Assembly (NCBI GenBank): GCA_965242865.1
Contig: CBDETK010000013.1
Coordinates: forward strand, 2,432,001-2,496,000
DNA from: Candidatus Latescibacterota bacterium
GTDB taxonomy: Bacteria; Latescibacterota; UBA2968; UBA8231
Reading direction: 5' to 3'
Length of the DNA stretch: 64,000 nucleotides
A program made the translations under genes and the position numbers. A model generated the notes under the pieces. That model was not told the DNA's origin. It worked only from the letters and a program-made list of their open reading frames with translations, and made no database searches. Shown piece by piece: positions 60,889 through 64,000 of the stretch. Numbering within the stretch: position 1 is the first letter of the stretch; each line of letters opens with the position of its first letter.

Positions 60889-63800
60889 TTGGCTAGCCGA
60901 ACAAGCCTCCGAGTTTTAGACACGGGGACATTCCTTTGTTTTATAGCCTTGCTGCTCACAAGCCCGGTTGCCGCCGAGTCCGAGCGGGAGGCAAGTCTGC
61001 GGCGCACCGTAGAGGCACTCTCCGCCCCGGCCTCGCGCATGACCGGCTATCCGGGGGCCACCGCAGCCCGCGAGTGGCTGATCGCCGAGCTGGAGGGCTT
61101 GGGGATAGCAGAATTCTACCGGCACGAGTTCCCAGTGTTGGTGCCCATCGACGAGGGGTTCTGGCTCGAATGCGCTGGCGAGCGGCTTGAATTGTTCGGC
61201 GTGTGGCCCAATTTGGTGCGGACGCCCACGCTGCCAGCCGAAGGGATTGAGGGGCAGTTGGTGGATGGCGGGGACGGCAGCCGGCTCGAAGGGCAGCCGG
61301 TGGCCGGGCGGATCGTCCTGCTCGACTATGCCTCGGGCACCGCTTGGGTGGATGCGTTCCACTTGGGAGCCGCGGCCGTGGTGTTCTTGGAATCGGCTGG
61401 AGCGCATCGCAAGGAAGCCGAGCAAAAGTTCCTCGACGTGCCGGCCGACTTGCCGCGGCTGTACGCACGTCAAGATGTGGCCGAGCGGTTGCGAATGCTC
61501 GAAAGGGCGCAGGTGCGCTTGCAGGGGCGGATGGCGTGGCAAGAGGTGACGGCGCAGAACGTGGTTGCCGTGATCCCCGGGCGAGATGCAACGCTAAAGA
61601 AGGAAGTCGTTTTTCTCGCCGCGCATTACGACGCGGTGTCGCCAGTGCCCGCGCTCGCGCCCGGGGCCGAGCAAGCGGCGAGCGCGGCCGCGTTGTTGGA
61701 ATTGGCCCGGGGGTTTGCTGCGCAGCCGCCGAAGCGCACGGTCGCGTTGCTGTGGACGGCCGGGCACTTTGAGAACATGGCGGGTATGCGCCATTTCGCG
61801 CCGCTGCTGTTGGCGGCCACAGGGCGGCGCGAGGGGGTCGCGGACTCGGCACTCTTGCAGCGGCTTCGGGCGTTGGAGACGCGCTTTTTTGTCGGCTTGG
61901 ACCTGTCGTTGCACAGCCCGCGGCTCGGAGCGTTCAGGCCGCAAGCCCCGTATCGCGTCTCATTGCTCGCGCCGCCCATTACCGATCGCTTGCTAAAGCA
62001 AGTGACGGCGTACGAGGATTCCGCGTTGGGGGGCCAGCGGGTGCTGGTCAATGGCCTGAAGCAGGACTTTGCCCGCGAGGGGTTGGGGGGCATGGCCCTG
62101 ACGGTGCCATTGGATGCGGCGGTCGCGGCCCTCGCCGGCTGTCCGGCGTTGGCCTTTTGCACGGTCAACGACAGCCGCGCTCGCTTTGACGCGCCCGACG
62201 ACGCGAGCGCGGCATTGCGCTTTGACTGGTTGGCCGGTCAAGTGGCGTTGCTGGGGGCCGTGCTGCCCGCGCTCATAGACGACCCGGCACTGGAGCCGTG
62301 GGCTTGGGGCAACGATGCGTTTGGCACCATTCGCGGGGAGGTGGTCCACTACGGGCCGCGCAGCTATTTGCCGGATCAGCCGACGACCGGGGCGTTGGTG
62401 CGGGTGCGGCTGCGCCAGCCGACGTTGGCTGGGGTGCGGCCGGATTTTTGGGCGGTGGCCGATGATTCGGGGCGGTTTGCCATTCCCGGGGTTGAGTCGG
62501 GCATCATTTACACGCAGCCGGTGCGGTTGGAAGCGTATCGGCTCGATGCGGAGACCGGAGCGGTGACGGATGCGCCGGACTGGGGGATCAATGGGGAGCG
62601 CAAGTTGCCCGGGCGGGCGTTGACGGTGCTGATGGATGCGGCCGAGGAAGAGGTGCAGATCGTCACCGCTCCGCTGCGGGGGACGACGCTGTTTGGGATT
62701 TTTGATCCGCGCAATTTGTTGACCTTGGAACGCGTACAAGCGATTGACGCGGTGCTCGAAGCCGAGCCCGTGGTGTACGGGGCCTGCCTGCCGCTGACGG
62801 CCCCGGAAGTGGAGTTGTTCAGCTATGCGAATCGGGTGGGGTCGTGGACCGAGCCGGTCGGCGTACTTTTTACGCGGCCGGCCGCGCGGTTCAAGGCCGT
62901 GATGGCTACGGGTCGCTATGGGTTGGGGCGACGCCTGCTGTTGCTCAATGGGACGCGGGACGCTCCGAGCGGAGTGGGGTATGCGGTGGACGGGAGGGGG
63001 CGCGTCGTGGACACGGTCTATCGGGCGGCTTCTGATATGCACGTGCTCAATGGCGAGCGGATTGACCGGCTGGAGCGACACGGCGTGCGGAACGAGCGAC
63101 TGGCGGCCTTTCACGAGCGGTCCGCCGGGTTGCTCAAAGCAGCCGCCGCCGCGCGCGCCGAGCATCGGCACCAAGACTTTGTCGATCGGGCGCGCCGCGC
63201 TTGGGCACTGGCCGCGGCCGCGTATCGGGATGTGGAGCGCACCCAAGCAGGAGTGGTGCAAGGCGCGCTCTTTTTGTTGGCTGTGTTGATTCCCTTTGCC
63301 CACTTTGCCGAGCGGTTGGCGTTTGGGTTTGCCGATTTGCGGCGGCAGGTATTGGGGTATTTCGCGCTCTTTTTCGTCGGCTTTGTCGCCCTGCGCTATG
63401 TGCATCCGGCCTTTGAGTTGTCGATCTCGCCGGCGATCATCTTGCTCGGCTTCGTCATCTTGGCGTTGGGGATTTTGGTCGCGTTTTTGGGGATGGCGCG
63501 GTTGAATCGGGAGTTGCAGGCGTTGGGCGCGCTCGACCGAGGGGTCGCGGTACAGCGGTCGGGCGCGGTGCTGACCTCAATCGCCGTGGGGTTGGCGCAT
63601 TTGCGGCGGCGGCCGTGGCGCACCGGGCTGACCTGCGCGACGCTGGTGCTGTTGACCTTTGCCGTGCTGTCCTTCACGTCAATTCGCGCCGCGCTGCACA
63701 CCAATTGGATTGCGATTGGCGCGGACGCGGCGTACGAGGGCGCGTTGGTGCGGATGCCGGGCTGGCAGGCCATGGAGCTGGAAGGCTACGACCTGTTGCG

Positions 63801-64000
63801 CGATTGGTTTGGCGCGGAGCAGGTCGCGCCGCGGGCGTGGCTGGCGGTCCCATCGCTGGCGTCGTCCTATCGGGTCGAGCGGGATGACGCGACCGACCGA
63901 GCGGTGGGGGTCTGGGGATTTGTCGGGCTGGCAGCGCAGGAAGAGCGTTTGCTCGGGCCGGCCGTGGTCGCTGGGCGGTGGCTGCGGCCCGGGGAAGAAG
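60889..64000 (+). CDS. Large M28-peptidase-like / FtsX-like permease fusion membrane protein (partial, runs off the right edge)
   Basis: Absent from the ORF track, presumably because no stop lies inside the window. The frame of 61081 reads SRMTGYPG..., AAHYDAVSPVPALAPGAEQAAS, PKRTVALLWTAGHF, later TM helices (GALFLLAVLIPFAHFAERL) and LAHLRRRPWRTGLTCATLVLLTF. The TTG start at 60889 is uncertain. Confidence 0.78.
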   Translation, partial: MASRTSLRVLDTGTFLCFIALLLTSPVAAESEREASLRRTVEALSAPASRMTGYPGATAAREWLIAELEGLGIAEFYRHEFPVLVPIDEGFWLECAGERLELFGVWPNLVRTPTLPAEGIEGQLVDGGDGSRLEGQPVAGRIVLLDYASGTAWVDAFHLGAAAVVFLESAGAHRKEAEQKFLDVPADLPRLYARQDVAERLRMLERAQVRLQGRMAWQEVTAQNVVAVIPGRDATLKKEVVFLAAHYDAVSPVPALAPGAEQAASAAALLELARGFAAQPPKRTVALLWTAGHFENMAGMRHFAPLLLAATGRREGVADSALLQRLRALETRFFVGLDLSLHSPRLGAFRPQAPYRVSLLAPPITDRLLKQVTAYEDSALGGQRVLVNGLKQDFAREGLGGMALTVPLDAAVAALAGCPALAFCTVNDSRARFDAPDDASAALRFDWLAGQVALLGAVLPALIDDPALEPWAWGNDAFGTIRGEVVHYGPRSYLPDQPTTGALVRVRLRQPTLAGVRPDFWAVADDSGRFAIPGVESGIIYTQPVRLEAYRLDAETGAVTDAPDWGINGERKLPGRALTVLMDAAEEEVQIVTAPLRGTTLFGIFDPRNLLTLERVQAIDAVLEAEPVVYGACLPLTAPEVELFSYANRVGSWTEPVGVLFTRPAARFKAVMATGRYGLGRRLLLLNGTRDAPSGVGYAVDGRGRVVDTVYRAASDMHVLNGERIDRLERHGVRNERLAAFHERSAGLLKAAAAARAEHRHQDFVDRARRAWALAAAAYRDVERTQAGVVQGALFLLAVLIPFAHFAERLAFGFADLRRQVLGYFALFFVGFVALRYVHPAFELSISPAIILLGFVILALGILVAFLGMARLNRELQALGALDRGVAVQRSGAVLTSIAVGLAHLRRRPWRTGLTCATLVLLTFAVLSFTSIRAALHTNWIAIGADAAYEGALVRMPGWQAMELEGYDLLRDWFGAEQVAPRAWLAVPSLASSYRVERDDATDRAVGVWGFVGLAAQEERLLGPAVVAGRWLRPGEE

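Noticed and set aside
61993-63405. 470-aa minus-strand ORF
   Set aside because: Antisense to the unlisted long plus-strand M28/FtsX-like frame.

Overview
GC-rich bacterial window. The gene content (PorV-family barrel, T9SS-type CTD protein, DUF6785, M28/FtsX fusion, FN3/cadherin-rich secreted proteins) suggests an FCB-allied candidate lineage such as Latescibacterota, possibly host-associated; this is inference only. The first 20 kb is an unusual, recombination-scarred array. It holds three large secreted M6/immune-inhibitor-A-like metalloproteases with divergent catalytic heads on near-identical FN3/cadherin/Ig stalks, two protease N-terminal stubs, two free-standing proteins built from a duplicated M6-propeptide-like module, and four paralogous 'PLxVGNxWxY' proteins. 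All six small secreted proteins, from two unrelated families, end in the same short tail ([T/S]x[V/I][Q/E]xxSWGx[V/L/I]K), a candidate sorting signal. The rest is mostly housekeeping and metabolic: SDR, enolase-superfamily enzyme, IPMDH-like dehydrogenase, two DmpA-like peptidases, mutY, DUF368, Slt, aceE-aceF-lpdA, an aldolase and a TonB receptor/CTD protein/PorV operon. Accessory items are an Rpn nuclease, an AAA ATPase plus small partner, a pepM with a degenerate catalytic loop between direct repeats, two poly-G tracts each abutting a related AT-rich palindrome, an IS982-like element splitting a transporter, and a small GIY-YIG nuclease beside GTCAT-bounded palindromic repeats. No rRNA, tRNA or CRISPR array was recognised.
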